A stretch of DNA of 64,000 nucleotides from an uncultured Gemmatimonadaceae bacterium. Lineage in GTDB: Bacteria > Gemmatimonadota > Gemmatimonadetes > Gemmatimonadales > Gemmatimonadaceae. The stretch is taken from contig CAWAGQ010000011.1 of NCBI GenBank assembly GCA_963781585.1, forward strand, positions 352,001 to 416,000, written 5' to 3'. Made by a program: the position numbers and the translations under genes. Positions within the stretch are counted from its first letter, which is position 1; each line of letters begins with the position of its first letter. Shown one piece after another: positions 21,359 to 31,364 of this stretch. The notes under the pieces were generated by a model. The model saw nothing but the letters and a program-made list of their open reading frames with translations. It was not told where the DNA came from and searched no databases.

Positions 21359-22468
21359 TCAGCTGCTCGCTGCCAGCCAGGGAACGATGACCGCCTTCGT
21401 CACTTCGCGTCGCGCGACCGCGTCCAGTGCGCGGCCGGCGTCGGCGAGGCCGAACCGGCCCCCGATCATGTCGCGCCACGGCACTTGGTCGCCGAACCGC
21501 GCCGCCAGCCGGACCGCGCGATACAGGTGCGAGAAGTCCGAACCCCAGCAGCCACGGATCTCGACGTGCTTGCGGTTGATCTGCCAGTGCGGATGGATGC
21601 GGACGTCGCCGGTGTCCGTGTAGTGCCCGCACACCACTACTCTGCCGCCGTCGCGCACCAGGTCCAGCGCCTGCGGCACCGCTTCCGGGACGCCGGTGGC
21701 TTCGATCACCACGTCCACGCCGCGTCCGCGCGTCAGCTCGCGCACACGTCTAGCCCGTTCGTCAGGCGGCAGGTCGAGCCCGATCGCGTCGGTGGCGCCC
21801 ATCCGCCGGGCGAAGTCCAGCCGCGACGCGGGATCGCCGATCGCGACGATCCACTCGGCGCCGCCTAACGCGGACAGCGCAATCGCCGACTGGCCCACGG
21901 GCCCCACGCCCAGCACGGCGACGCTGTCGCCGAGGCGCAGCTCGGCGCGCTCCACCGCGTGGAGCGCGGTCACCAGGCCGCATCCGCCGCCGATGAACGT
22001 CTCGGGGTCGAGGCCAGAGGGGAGGTGCAGCATGTGAACGCCGGGCTTCATCCAGATCGCCTCGGCCCAACCGCCTAACAAGCCGTCGGCCGCACCGTAG
22101 GTGATGCCGTAGACGCGGCGGTGGGGACAGCGGGTGGTCTGTTTCGTCACCAGGCAGTGGTAGCACCGGCCGCAGGTGCCGTGGACGTCGAGGAAGGTGA
22201 CTGTGTCGCCTTCGCGGAACGGGACGCCGTCCACGTCCTCGAGTGGCGTCGCGAGCTCGGCGATCGCGCCCACCGAGACATGGCCCGGGATGATCGGATA
22301 CGGGACGCCGCTCAGCCGGCCGTGGTGGAGATGGACATCGGTGCCGCAGACCTCGGAGAAGAGGACGCGGAGGAGGGCGGCGCCGGGTTCGAGCACCGGG
22401 GCCGCGATCTCTTCGAGGCCGATCGCCGCGTCAGGCGCGGGCATGATGGCGGCGGCATATGCAGGCAT
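21359..22468 (-). CDS. Zinc-dependent alcohol dehydrogenase (MDR family)
   Basis: VCGTDVH, IPGHV, CGRCYHC..C structural Zn, GVGPVG. Confidence 0.92.
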   Translation of the reverse strand: MPAYAAAIMPAPDAAIGLEEIAAPVLEPGAALLRVLFSEVCGTDVHLHHGRLSGVPYPIIPGHVSVGAIAELATPLEDVDGVPFREGDTVTFLDVHGTCGRCYHCLVTKQTTRCPHRRVYGITYGAADGLLGGWAEAIWMKPGVHMLHLPSGLDPETFIGGGCGLVTALHAVERAELRLGDSVAVLGVGPVGQSAIALSALGGAEWIVAIGDPASRLDFARRMGATDAIGLDLPPDERARRVRELTRGRGVDVVIEATGVPEAVPQALDLVRDGGRVVVCGHYTDTGDVRIHPHWQINRKHVEIRGCWGSDFSHLYRAVRLAARFGDQVPWRDMIGGRFGLADAGRALDAVARREVTKAVIVPWLAASS

Positions 22469-22507
22469 CAGCGGTCAGCGATCAATAGAGCGGGCAGTCA
22501 GCAGGCG

Positions 22508-23461
22508 TCAGCGGTCAGTACTTTGGCCATTGGCCTTGGCCCTCTGGCCTTTCCATTCCCCATACCGATTCCACAGTAGAATCCCCAACGCCGGAAAGTA
22601 GATCGCGTACGCCCACGGCACCGCCAGTCGCACCTCGTAATCGCCGGGCACGAGCCCCTGACGCCAGCCGAAAAAGAGCACGAGGCTCGACAACGACAGC
22701 ACTGTCGCCTGGCGCAGTGTGCGCGGAATGAGCCAGAGGAGCAACTGATCGTAGAAGAAAAGCGCCTGCGGCACGACGCTCATCACCATCAGCAATCGAC
22801 CCTCGGGGCGTTTGATGGCGAGGAGTGAGAGCAGCAGCAGAAATCCACCGGGGCGCAGCAGCGGAATGAACTTCTCCTCACGCCCGCTGATGTTGGCGAG
22901 CCACTCGCCGGGCCAACCGGGCATGATGGCCACGCTGATCAGCACCAGCACCGCACCGAGGATCGCGGGAAGAAGCAGCGGACGCGCGACCCACACGCCG
23001 AGTCCGAGGTTTGGCTTCGCCGGCAGCACCAGGCCGACCGCAGGGATCAGGGCTGCGGCGATCATGAGCGGCGACCACTGCCCGAGCGACAGCGCGAGGA
23101 GAAAGGGGGCGCTGAGGAGGATGGGCAGCCGCACCGCGCCCGAGCGCGAGACTCCCCAGGCCAGGAGCCCGGCGGACACCGCCATGAAGATCGCGCCTGC
23201 AACGGGTAGTGGCAGCCACGCTACAGGAACGAGCAGCAGATACGCCGGCAGCGGATAGAGGGCGGGATCGTGCCCCGGGTTGAGCGGTCCCGAAGGAACG
23301 CTGAGATACGGGTCGCCGCCTGCGAGGAGTGTCCGCGCGGCGGACCAGAAGTGGAAGAAGTCAGGCGCGTACCCGGGGCGCGCCATGAGGGCCCACGCCG
23401 CGACGCCGCATGTTGCGGCCGCCGTGAACGCCACCAGCGTGGCGCGTCGGCGCCCGAGCAC
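22508..23461 (-). CDS. GT87/DUF2029-like membrane glycosyltransferase, paralogue 1
   Basis: DF..FWSAARTLLAGGDPY, LYPLP, GQWSP, AKPNLG, PEGRLL, FYDQL; multi-TM. Confidence 0.7.
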   Translation of the reverse strand: MLGRRRATLVAFTAAATCGVAAWALMARPGYAPDFFHFWSAARTLLAGGDPYLSVPSGPLNPGHDPALYPLPAYLLLVPVAWLPLPVAGAIFMAVSAGLLAWGVSRSGAVRLPILLSAPFLLALSLGQWSPLMIAAALIPAVGLVLPAKPNLGLGVWVARPLLLPAILGAVLVLISVAIMPGWPGEWLANISGREEKFIPLLRPGGFLLLLSLLAIKRPEGRLLMVMSVVPQALFFYDQLLLWLIPRTLRQATVLSLSSLVLFFGWRQGLVPGDYEVRLAVPWAYAIYFPALGILLWNRYGEWKGQRAKANGQSTDR

Positions 23462-23929
23462 CTGCTGGAGCGACCAGTCGAGAGAGAGCGACGCGCGGAG
23501 CGATGAGATGTTCAGAAGTACTCCGGTTCCAGCTGGTGGAAGCGTGATGCGGAATTACGATTCCGAGCCGAGAAATGCGGCACGTAGTGGCCGGCGCGTC
23601 GAATCGCACTGCTCCGAACCAGGACGGGGCTTGGAGGCTACTCTGTTGAGCGCACGCGACACCGATTGTTTCCTCAGAGCATCACCTGTTCTGACTCGCC
23701 TTGCCGGCGACAAGAGTTGGCACGGGACTTCCATTCATGACGATGCCCGCGAGCAATGAGCTATCACCTGTGAGCTCAGGTCGACGCGGGCCGGAGTCTT
23801 CTCGCTGTCCAGAGGAAGGCCTGACAAGGAATCAGGCTGGACCGGACCTTGCGCGAATGATCGCAGCGTTGTTTGTTAGTGCTTCCTAATTTTCTCTTTG
23901 TTGGCGCGTGCTTTCGGCATCGGGTGACG

Positions 23930-23953
23930 TTCGCGGTGGTTTTCCACCGCGAA
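23930..23953 (+). promoter_or_regulatory. Perfect hairpin upstream of flp1
   Basis: TTCGCGGTGG-TTTT-CCACCGCGAA, about 40 nt before the start codon. Confidence 0.5.
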
Positions 23954-23991
23954 GACGCAGGATCCACATCTTCACAACGAGAGGTTTTGGT

Positions 23992-24159
23992 ATGAACCGC
24001 ATCCGCAGTTTCCTCAAGTCCGACGACGCCATCGCCGTGACCGAGTACGGTCTCCTGATCGCCCTCGTCGCCATCGCCCTGATCGCCGTCGTCACGATCT
24101 TCGGGCAGCAGATCAGCTCATGGTTCTCGCGCAAGACCGGCCAGATCACCACCGTCTGA
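23992..24159 (+). CDS. flp: Flp/Fap (type IVc) pilin 1
   Basis: DDA|IAVTEYGLLIALVAIALI Flp motif; GAGG RBS. Confidence 0.93.
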   Translation: MNRIRSFLKSDDAIAVTEYGLLIALVAIALIAVVTIFGQQISSWFSRKTGQITTV

Positions 24160-24272
24160 CCGAGCGCTGGCGAAAAACACAAACGCGGATGCGTCTGGTG
24201 GTGCGGCACGGAGCATCGTGCCCGCCGCCGGCGCTACGCGCCAATCGCTGCACCAAAACGAGAGGTACGGGC

Positions 24273-24461
24273 ATGGTGAGGGACTGGGGTCAGGTCAAGC
24301 GCAGGCTCCGTCGACTCGGGGCGGATGACGCAATCGCGGTTACCGAGTACGGTCTGCTGATCGCGCTGGTGGCACTCGCCCTCATCGCCGTGCTGACCAT
24401 ATTCGGTGGGTCGATCTCGAGCTGGTTTGCCCGGAAGACAGGACAAATCACGACGGTGTAG
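24273..24461 (+). CDS. flp: Flp/Fap pilin 2
   Basis: DDA|IAVTEYGLLIALVALALI; near-identical mature region; same AACGAGAGG RBS context. Confidence 0.92.
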   Translation: MVRDWGQVKRRLRRLGADDAIAVTEYGLLIALVALALIAVLTIFGGSISSWFARKTGQITTV

Positions 24462-24544
24462 CGTACGCGGCGTGGCTCCGGCGCACTTTCGGCGTCCGTC
24501 GCGACGCTGTGGCGAGGAACCACGCAACGGCGGACTGGAAGACA

Positions 24545-25087
24545 ATGCTTCTGCAATCGCCGCATGGCCCGGCCTGGGGGGCGCTGTTCACGGCGCTGCT
24601 TGTCGCAGGCTGCGTGGCAGACGTTAAGTGGCGGCGGATCCCGAATGGCCTGGTTCTGGCAATTGCCATCACCGGACTCTGCCATTCCATTACCACACGA
24701 CCGGTCTGGCAGGGTCTCGGTTCCAGTGTGGCCGGGCTTCTGTTAGGCTTTGTGATCTGGATCGTCTTTTACGTCGCGGGCGTTCTCGGCGCCGGCGACG
24801 TCAAGTTCTTTGCTGCGGCTGGCGCCTGGCTCGGCCCCGCGGCGACCTGGCGCGCAGCGCTGGTCGCCGGCGTGGCTGGTGGGGTGCTCGCCGTCTTATA
24901 TCTGGTTCGCGAACGACGGCTGGCCAGTACCGTCCGTCGCATGGCCCTTGCAACGTCGTCCCGTACGCCGGCGCTCTTCGGGGAGATGCCCGACGCCGCG
25001 GGTTCAACACGGCGACACCTTCCGTACGGGGTGGCTCTGGCACTGGGCGCGCTGACGGCGGCATGGGTGCCGCACCTTCTGGCGTAG
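24545..25087 (+). CDS. cpaA: Prepilin peptidase CpaA/TadV (A24)
   Basis: DVKWRRIPN, LGAGDVK, LPYGVAL. Confidence 0.92.
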   Translation: MLLQSPHGPAWGALFTALLVAGCVADVKWRRIPNGLVLAIAITGLCHSITTRPVWQGLGSSVAGLLLGFVIWIVFYVAGVLGAGDVKFFAAAGAWLGPAATWRAALVAGVAGGVLAVLYLVRERRLASTVRRMALATSSRTPALFGEMPDAAGSTRRHLPYGVALALGALTAAWVPHLLA

Positions 25088-25097
25088 GGGAGCCACG

Positions 25098-25523
25098 ATG
25101 AATCCGTTCTACAGACTGAAACGATTTGCCCGCGGCGACCGCGCGGCGGCGATCATTGAGTTCGCGCTGGTTGTTCCGATTCTCTTTCTCATGGTCTGGG
25201 GCATCATCAACTTCAGCAGGGCCTATCAGCGGCTGAACACGCTGAGTGCTTCGCTCCGAGAGGGAGTGCGGTACCGGAGCACTCTGGCCAACCCGGATAC
25301 CTCCTGGATGCGCGACTCGGTCTGCCTACGCGTTTACACCTTTTCGAGCGCGTTTGGTTTCCCCATCGACACCAGTCAGATCCAGGTGCCCGCGTCGAAC
25401 ACTCTTGATGTACGTGTACGCGTGACGAACTACCCGCTCTTTTCCGGACTGAACTTCCTCGGCAACACCCTGAGCTCCATCCGGGTGACCCGGGAAGCCA
25501 TCTTCAGGTGGGAGCGATCGTAG
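25098..25523 (+). CDS. tadE: TadE/TadG-family pseudopilin
   Basis: RA|AAIIEFALVVPILF..GIINF..REGVR. Confidence 0.88.
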   Translation: MNPFYRLKRFARGDRAAAIIEFALVVPILFLMVWGIINFSRAYQRLNTLSASLREGVRYRSTLANPDTSWMRDSVCLRVYTFSSAFGFPIDTSQIQVPASNTLDVRVRVTNYPLFSGLNFLGNTLSSIRVTREAIFRWERS

Positions 25524-25602
25524 CGGGGCTTCCTCGAAGTTGCCGGCCGGGCGGCGGGGCGGAACGTGTCGTTAGGCAGATCCCTCGAACCACGTGGTGC
25601 GT

Positions 25603-26550
25603 ATGGCTGCAAAACGTTACTCGCTGGTCTTCTACGGAGCCGTGATCGTGGCCGTCGTGGCCACCTACGGCGTCTGGCGCGTGATCGAATCCACCAAGGC
25701 CAGCAACCGGATCGTCACCGGCCCGGTGGTGGTGGCGACCCGGGACATTCCGGAAGCGCTCATCATTGACCGGCTGGCGCTGGCCGTTGCCCAGTGGCCG
25801 CTGACCACCATCCCTCCCGGCGCGTACACGCGCATCGATTCGGTGGTCGGTCGGGTGACCAAGGTCCCCATCTTCAACGGGGAACCCATGGTACCCGGGC
25901 GACTCGCGCCGCAGGGAACGTCGCCCGGACTCGAGACCAAGATCACGCCCGGCAAGCGCGCGATGTCGGTCCGCGTCAATGACGTCTCGGGCGTTGCGGG
26001 GATGATCCAGCCCAACAGCCGCGTGGACATCCTCTACACGGCCAATCCCGGGAGCGATGGTCAGGAGCGCAAGTCAAAGCTGTTCATGAACAACATGCGC
26101 ATCCTCGCGATGGGCCAGCAGACGCAGCGAGGCCAGGACGGTCGTCCGATTCAAACCTCGGTGGCGACCATCGAGGTGATGCCGGAGGAGGGTGAGTTGC
26201 TCGCTGCGGCCCTGGCGCAGGGTTCGTTCCAGCTGCTGCTTCGCGGGTACGGCGACCCGGACTCGGTTGAAACGAGGGGAGCTACTGGGAGAGACGTCGC
26301 CGCGAGCCTGCGAGATGTCCCAGTGCGCTCATCCCGCCCGGCGCCGCGAGTCGCCACGTCCCACGTGTCGCCCCAACCCCATCCGATCGAAGAGCCTCCA
26401 CCAGTCGCGCCGGCCCCACCGCCCGTCGTGCAGAAGGCTGCCCAGAAACCCGACTCGCTTGTCATCCAGATGTTCAAGGGGAGCAAGCGCACGGACATCA
26501 AGCTGGCGCGAGACTCGGTCAGGCCTGACACGGGATCCACCAGGCCATAG
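25603..26550 (+). CDS. cpaB: Flp pilus assembly protein CpaB/RcpC
   Basis: SAF domain VVVATRDIP, PGKRAMSVRV..VAGMIQPNSRVDIL. Confidence 0.93.
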   Translation: MAAKRYSLVFYGAVIVAVVATYGVWRVIESTKASNRIVTGPVVVATRDIPEALIIDRLALAVAQWPLTTIPPGAYTRIDSVVGRVTKVPIFNGEPMVPGRLAPQGTSPGLETKITPGKRAMSVRVNDVSGVAGMIQPNSRVDILYTANPGSDGQERKSKLFMNNMRILAMGQQTQRGQDGRPIQTSVATIEVMPEEGELLAAALAQGSFQLLLRGYGDPDSVETRGATGRDVAASLRDVPVRSSRPAPRVATSHVSPQPHPIEEPPPVAPAPPPVVQKAAQKPDSLVIQMFKGSKRTDIKLARDSVRPDTGSTRP

Positions 26551-26597
26551 CGGCGGTGCTACGTGAATTCGCCAGGTACCAATACCGGAGGTATCGC

Positions 26598-27758
26598 TTG
26601 AACGGAACAGTCCATCGGGGCCCGCGCGCCCTCGGCGCCTTTAGTCTGGTGCTTGCCACGCTCCTGGCCGCACCGGCGAGGGCGCAGCAGCCGCAGACGC
26701 CGGTCACCCCCCTCGACCTTCCCGTCGGGCGGTCCTATCCCATCCGTACCGACGCCAACGTCACCCGCATCTCGATCGCCGATCCCGAGGTCGCCGATGT
26801 CCTGGCCGTCTCGGAGAACGAGGTCGTTATCAACTCGATGAAGCCTGGGGAGACCGACGCCATCATCTGGCTCGCTGACGGAACGCGCACCCACTATCGC
26901 ATCCAGGTGCACTCGCCGTCCGACCGGAAGCAGATCGCGATCGGGGTGAAGTTCGCCGAGGTCCGGCGCGACGCGCTCCGCAACATTGGATTCTCGGGAC
27001 TCTGGCGTGATCAACGTACTCGGGTAGGAACCGGCATCTTCAACTCCGACGCCGGAATCGACCCGACAACTGGCGAGGTCACCATCCCGACCTCGTCCAG
27101 ATTCCTGACTGTTCTCAGCGATCTTGGCACCAACGACATCCTCGCCTTTCTGAACGCCGAGGAGCAGACCGGGAAAGCCCGCATCCTGGCCGAGCCCAAC
27201 CTGCTTGCCGGGAACAAGGACACCGCGAGTTTTCTCGCCGGCGGCGAGCTGCCGATCCCCGTAGTGCAGTCTTCCCAGGGCCAGAACGGTGCGGTTTCGA
27301 TCCAGTTTCGCGAATTCGGGATCCGCCTGAGGTTCGTGGGCGAGATCATCAGCGACAGCCTCATCAAGCTCTCTGTAACACCGGAAGTCTCGAGTCTCGA
27401 CTTCACGAATGCCATCACGCTCCAGGGGTTCCGTATTCCAGCGCTCCGCACGCGGCGCGTGAGCAGCACGCTCGACGTCAAGCGCGATGAGAGCCTCATC
27501 ATCTCCGGGATGTTCGACACCGAGGACGAAAACGTCCGCACGGGGCTTCCGTTCCTGAAGGACATCCCCATTCTCGGACTCCTGTTCTCGGATACCCGCT
27601 GGCAGCGCAGCGAGACCGAGCTGCTGGTGGTCGTGACCCCCGTAATCGTTGATCCGATGAATCCACGCGCGCAGGACATATTGCGCATGCCGTCCGACAC
27701 GTCGCGTCCGGCGCTGGACGCACTCAAGAAGCGTCTTCCGCCGCCCAAGAAGCCCTGA
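26598..27758 (+). CDS. cpaC: Flp pilus secretin CpaC/RcpA
   Basis: TTG start after GGAGG; IADPEVADV, LAEPNL..ASFLAGGELPIP, FREFGIRL, PFLKDIPILGLLF, TELLVVVTP. Confidence 0.95.
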   Translation: MNGTVHRGPRALGAFSLVLATLLAAPARAQQPQTPVTPLDLPVGRSYPIRTDANVTRISIADPEVADVLAVSENEVVINSMKPGETDAIIWLADGTRTHYRIQVHSPSDRKQIAIGVKFAEVRRDALRNIGFSGLWRDQRTRVGTGIFNSDAGIDPTTGEVTIPTSSRFLTVLSDLGTNDILAFLNAEEQTGKARILAEPNLLAGNKDTASFLAGGELPIPVVQSSQGQNGAVSIQFREFGIRLRFVGEIISDSLIKLSVTPEVSSLDFTNAITLQGFRIPALRTRRVSSTLDVKRDESLIISGMFDTEDENVRTGLPFLKDIPILGLLFSDTRWQRSETELLVVVTPVIVDPMNPRAQDILRMPSDTSRPALDALKKRLPPPKKP

Positions 27759-27783
27759 TGGCGATGGAACTGACCGTGTCTGC

Positions 27784-28974
27784 ATGAACCGCCAGGCCCT
27801 GATCATTGGCGACGCGGTTGGCGCCGAGTCGGCGCTGGAGCAGACGCTCCAGCGCTACGGCTACACGACCATCCTCCACCGTCCCGGCGTGGCGGAAGGG
27901 CTGGAGTTCATAGGTCACGAGCACGTGGACCTGCTGTTCGTCCCCATCGACGCGGTGGATGAGCTCCAGCTCGCGGCGATCGACCGGGCGGGCCGACGCG
28001 AGCGGCACATGGGCGTCGTGGCCACCGGTCCGCGCACTGATCCGGAACTCATGCTCCGCGCAATGCGCGCGGGGATCCAGGAGTTCCTCGTCCGCCCCGT
28101 GGTGCTCGCCGACCTGGTCTCCGCAGTGGAGCGGCTGCATCGGCGAACAAACCTGGGAGTGACAAGTGGTCAGGTGTACGCCGTGTTCAGCTCCAAGGGA
28201 GGCGTGGGAACGAGCACGATCGCCCTCAACCTGGCGTACGCGCTGGCGTGCAATCACAAGGAAGCGCGAGTCGCGATTGCCGACCTGGCGATTCCCGGTG
28301 GCGACATCCGCGTCCTGCTCAACGTGCGGCCGTCGTACGACCTGGGCGACCTGGCTGCCAAGATCGACCGGGTGGATCGCGAGCTCCTCAACTCCGTACT
28401 CGTGCCGGCCACCGACGGCCTCTGGGTTCTGGCCGCACCCGAGCGGCCGGAAGCCGAGGAAATGATAGACGCCAACGTCGTATCGAGCGTGATCCAGCAG
28501 CTGCGCGGGGCCTTCAACTACAGCGTGGTCGATTGCGAGACCCAGATGAGCGACCGCACGCTGGCGGCGCTCGACGCATCGGACCGGATCATCCTCATCA
28601 CCGAGCTGAAGGTCCCGGCCATGCGCGCGGCGCAGCGGACGCTGGGGCTCTTCCGGCGGCTCGGCTACCCCAACGAGAAGCTGTGCGTGGTGGTGAACCG
28701 GTATCAGTCGGGCGATGTGGTCTCGGCGGCGGAAGCCGCCGACGTCCTCAAGACCGACCTGTTCTTCAAGCTGCCTAACGACTACCGGACGGCCTCGGAG
28801 TCGGCCACCGCCGGCGTCCCGATCGCCAAGAGCCACCCCGAGTCGAAGCTCGCCTGGGGATTCCTGCAACTGGCCCAGAAGCTGGGTGGCGGAGCGCTCG
28901 CCAGCGCCGACCGCGCCGGGACCAACGGGTCGCGCAAGGCCATTCGCAGTCTGTTCACGCGAAAGAGGAGTTGA
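27784..28974 (+). CDS. cpaE: CpaE/TadZ (receiver-like plus MinD-like ATPase)
   Basis: [10 protein letters not shown], deviant Walker [21 protein letters not shown]. Confidence 0.93.
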   Translation: MNRQALIIGDAVGAESALEQTLQRYGYTTILHRPGVAEGLEFIGHEHVDLLFVPIDAVDELQLAAIDRAGRRERHMGVVATGPRTDPELMLRAMRAGIQEFLVRPVVLADLVSAVERLHRRTNLGVTSGQVYAVFSSKGGVGTSTIALNLAYALACNHKEARVAIADLAIPGGDIRVLLNVRPSYDLGDLAAKIDRVDRELLNSVLVPATDGLWVLAAPERPEAEEMIDANVVSSVIQQLRGAFNYSVVDCETQMSDRTLAALDASDRIILITELKVPAMRAAQRTLGLFRRLGYPNEKLCVVVNRYQSGDVVSAAEAADVLKTDLFFKLPNDYRTASESATAGVPIAKSHPESKLAWGFLQLAQKLGGGALASADRAGTNGSRKAIRSLFTRKRS

Positions 28975-28976
28975 CG

Positions 28977-30389
28977 ATGTCGCTCGTGGATCGCCTGACC
29001 GGTCGAAGGACCCCTGCCGCGAACAAGGCGGTGGCCGACGTCATCGAGCCCGATGTCGCCGAAGCCGCAACCCCGCCCGCCGAGGGCGTTCGTGGCTCGA
29101 ACCTGTTCTCGCGAGCCATCGAACAGGACGTCCTGAGCCCGATCGACCAGCTCAAGGTGGACATACACCACCGCCTCATCACCCGTCTGGACCTGGAGGC
29201 GCTGGAGCAGATCAAGGACGAGGGCGAGATCACGGCGCAGATCCGGCTGGCGGTGAGCGAGTTCCTGCGCACGGAGTCAACTCCGCTGTCCCAGGCCGAG
29301 CGCGAGGAAATCGTCGAGCACATCGTCTGGGAGATCACCGGCCTCGGCCCCATCGAGCCGTTCTTCCGCGATCCCAGCATCACCGACATCCTGGTCAACA
29401 ACGCCCACAACATCTTCATCGAGCGCAAGGGAAAGCTGCGCCGCGTGCACGCGCAGTTCCGCAACGACGCCCACCTGATGGCGGTCATCGACCGCATCGT
29501 GAGCCGGGTGGGACGGCGCGTCGACGAGTCGTCACCGATGGTGGACGCGCGCCTCCCCGATGGCTCGCGCGTCAACGCCATCATCCCGCCGCTGGCCCTC
29601 GACGGTCCGGTCCTGTCGATCCGGCGATTCGGCGCCGACCTCTCGGTCCAGCAGCTCCTCGAAAACGGGAGCATGACGGCGGACATGTTCAAGGTGACGT
29701 CGGGGTGTGTGAAGGCGCGACTCAACGTCCTGATCTCGGGTGGAACGGGCTCGGGCAAGACCACCATGCTCAACGCCCTCAGCTCTTTCATTCCGTCAGA
29801 CGAACGCCTCATCACAATCGAGGACGCAGCGGAGCTCAAGATGCAGCAGGAGCACGTGGTGCGCCTGGAGACGAGGCCACCCAACTCGGAGGGACGGGGC
29901 GAGGTCATCGCCCGCGACCTGGTCAAGAACGCGTTGCGCATGCGTCCCGACCGGATCATCGTCGGAGAGGTTCGAGGCGCCGAAGCCCTCGACATGCTCC
30001 AGGCCATGAACACCGGCCACGAAGGGTCGTTGAGCACCATCCACGCCAACTCGCCTCGCGACGCGCTGTCGCGTCTGGAGACGATGATCCTGATGGCCGG
30101 CACGAACCTGCCCAACCGCGCCATGCGCGAGCAGATCGCCTCGGCGCTGGACGTGATCATCCAGGTGCAGCGTCTGGCCGACGGTACACGCCGCGTCGTC
30201 AGCATCACCGAGGTCACGGGCATGGAAGGCGAGATCGTGACCACCCAGGAGATCTTCCGGTTCCGCCGGAAAGGCGTGAATCCCGACGGCAGGATCGTGG
30301 GAGCGTTCGAGCCGAGCGGAATCCGTCCCCTCTTCACCGACAGGCTCCGGATCTCCGGCGTAGATCTGCCCACCGGTCTTTTCGACTAG
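28977..30389 (+). CDS. cpaF: Flp pilus assembly ATPase CpaF/TadA
   Basis: [52 protein letters not shown]. Confidence 0.97.
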   Translation: MSLVDRLTGRRTPAANKAVADVIEPDVAEAATPPAEGVRGSNLFSRAIEQDVLSPIDQLKVDIHHRLITRLDLEALEQIKDEGEITAQIRLAVSEFLRTESTPLSQAEREEIVEHIVWEITGLGPIEPFFRDPSITDILVNNAHNIFIERKGKLRRVHAQFRNDAHLMAVIDRIVSRVGRRVDESSPMVDARLPDGSRVNAIIPPLALDGPVLSIRRFGADLSVQQLLENGSMTADMFKVTSGCVKARLNVLISGGTGSGKTTMLNALSSFIPSDERLITIEDAAELKMQQEHVVRLETRPPNSEGRGEVIARDLVKNALRMRPDRIIVGEVRGAEALDMLQAMNTGHEGSLSTIHANSPRDALSRLETMILMAGTNLPNRAMREQIASALDVIIQVQRLADGTRRVVSITEVTGMEGEIVTTQEIFRFRRKGVNPDGRIVGAFEPSGIRPLFTDRLRISGVDLPTGLFD

Positions 30390-30395
30390 CAGCGC

Positions 30396-31355
30396 ATGCA
30401 GCTTCTGATTCTCGCCCTCGTCTTCCTCGGCACCGTCGGCCTGCTGGTCGGCGGCTACGTGTTCGTCAACCGCAGATCTCTGGCGGCCAGCGAAGCGGCG
30501 CTGGAGCGCCTGCGCGATATCGAGCACGCGCCGCAGTCGGCGCGAAGCATCCTCCGCGACACGAGCGCCAGCAACGTTCCAATGCTCGATCGCCTGCTCG
30601 CGGGCCGCGGGATGACCGATGTCATGACGCGCCGATTGCTCCGCGCCGGACTCACCATGACCCCGGGGAGCTTCCTGCTGCGCGCGGCACTCAGTGTGGT
30701 TTCAGGGCTCCTGGTCGGACGGTACATCTCGTCGAGTACAGTGACGGTGCTCATGGGTGGGATCGTCGGTGCTGGGCTGCCCTTCGCCTGGTTACGAATG
30801 AAGCAAGGCAAACGCTTGCGGTCGTTCCAGGACCAGCTTCCCGATGCCATCGACATGATGGTGAGCGCCATGAAGTCGGGGTACTCGTTCCAGGCGGCGA
30901 TGAAGTTCATCGGCGAGGAAGTGCCGGACCCGCTCGGTCCCGAGTTTGCGCGCTTCTACGAAGAGCAGCGGTTGGGGATGGAAGTGCGCACGGCACTCCT
31001 GGAGCTCCAGGAACGCATCGACAGCCTCGACCTGCGAATGCTGGTCACCGCCATCCTCATCCAGCGCGAGACCGGCGGCAACCTGGGCGAAGTACTCGAG
31101 AAGATCAGCACCCTGATGCGGTCGCGGATGGCGCTCAAGGGTGAGATCCAGACACTGACCGCCGAATCGAAGCTCTCGGCCAGGATCCTGGGCGCGCTCC
31201 CGTTCATCGTTTTCGGTGCGGTCAGCATACTCAACCCCGGATTTCTGAAACCGCTGCTGCAGACGTCCTTCGGGCCGTGGCTGCTGCTCGGTGCCACCCT
31301 TTCGGTGGCGTTCGGTTACTGGGTCATGATGAAGATCGCCGACATCGATATCTAG
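30396..31355 (+). CDS. tadB: TadB inner-membrane platform protein
   Basis: FQDQLPDAID..KSG, IQRETGGNL, LTAESKLS. Confidence 0.93.
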   Translation: MQLLILALVFLGTVGLLVGGYVFVNRRSLAASEAALERLRDIEHAPQSARSILRDTSASNVPMLDRLLAGRGMTDVMTRRLLRAGLTMTPGSFLLRAALSVVSGLLVGRYISSSTVTVLMGGIVGAGLPFAWLRMKQGKRLRSFQDQLPDAIDMMVSAMKSGYSFQAAMKFIGEEVPDPLGPEFARFYEEQRLGMEVRTALLELQERIDSLDLRMLVTAILIQRETGGNLGEVLEKISTLMRSRMALKGEIQTLTAESKLSARILGALPFIVFGAVSILNPGFLKPLLQTSFGPWLLLGATLSVAFGYWVMMKIADIDI

Positions 31356-31364
31356 GCAGATGGA

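Noticed and set aside
23717..23735. Sigma54 promoter for the flp operon (TTGGCACGGGACTTCCA)
   Set aside because: -24 element is good but -12 reads TTCC rather than TTGC, and it lies about 260 bp from flp1; insufficient support
23760..23990. c-di-GMP or other riboswitch upstream of flp1
   Set aside because: Only a simple hairpin is visible; I could not find the conserved GEMM elements. An Rfam/Infernal scan would settle it
28715..31144. 809-aa alternative-frame ORF and other long overlapping ORFs such as 28955-30373 (-), 18367-19701 (+) and 40155-41543 (+)
   Set aside because: Shadow frames of well-supported genes in high-GC DNA; Arg/Pro-rich or antisense mirrors with no recognisable motifs
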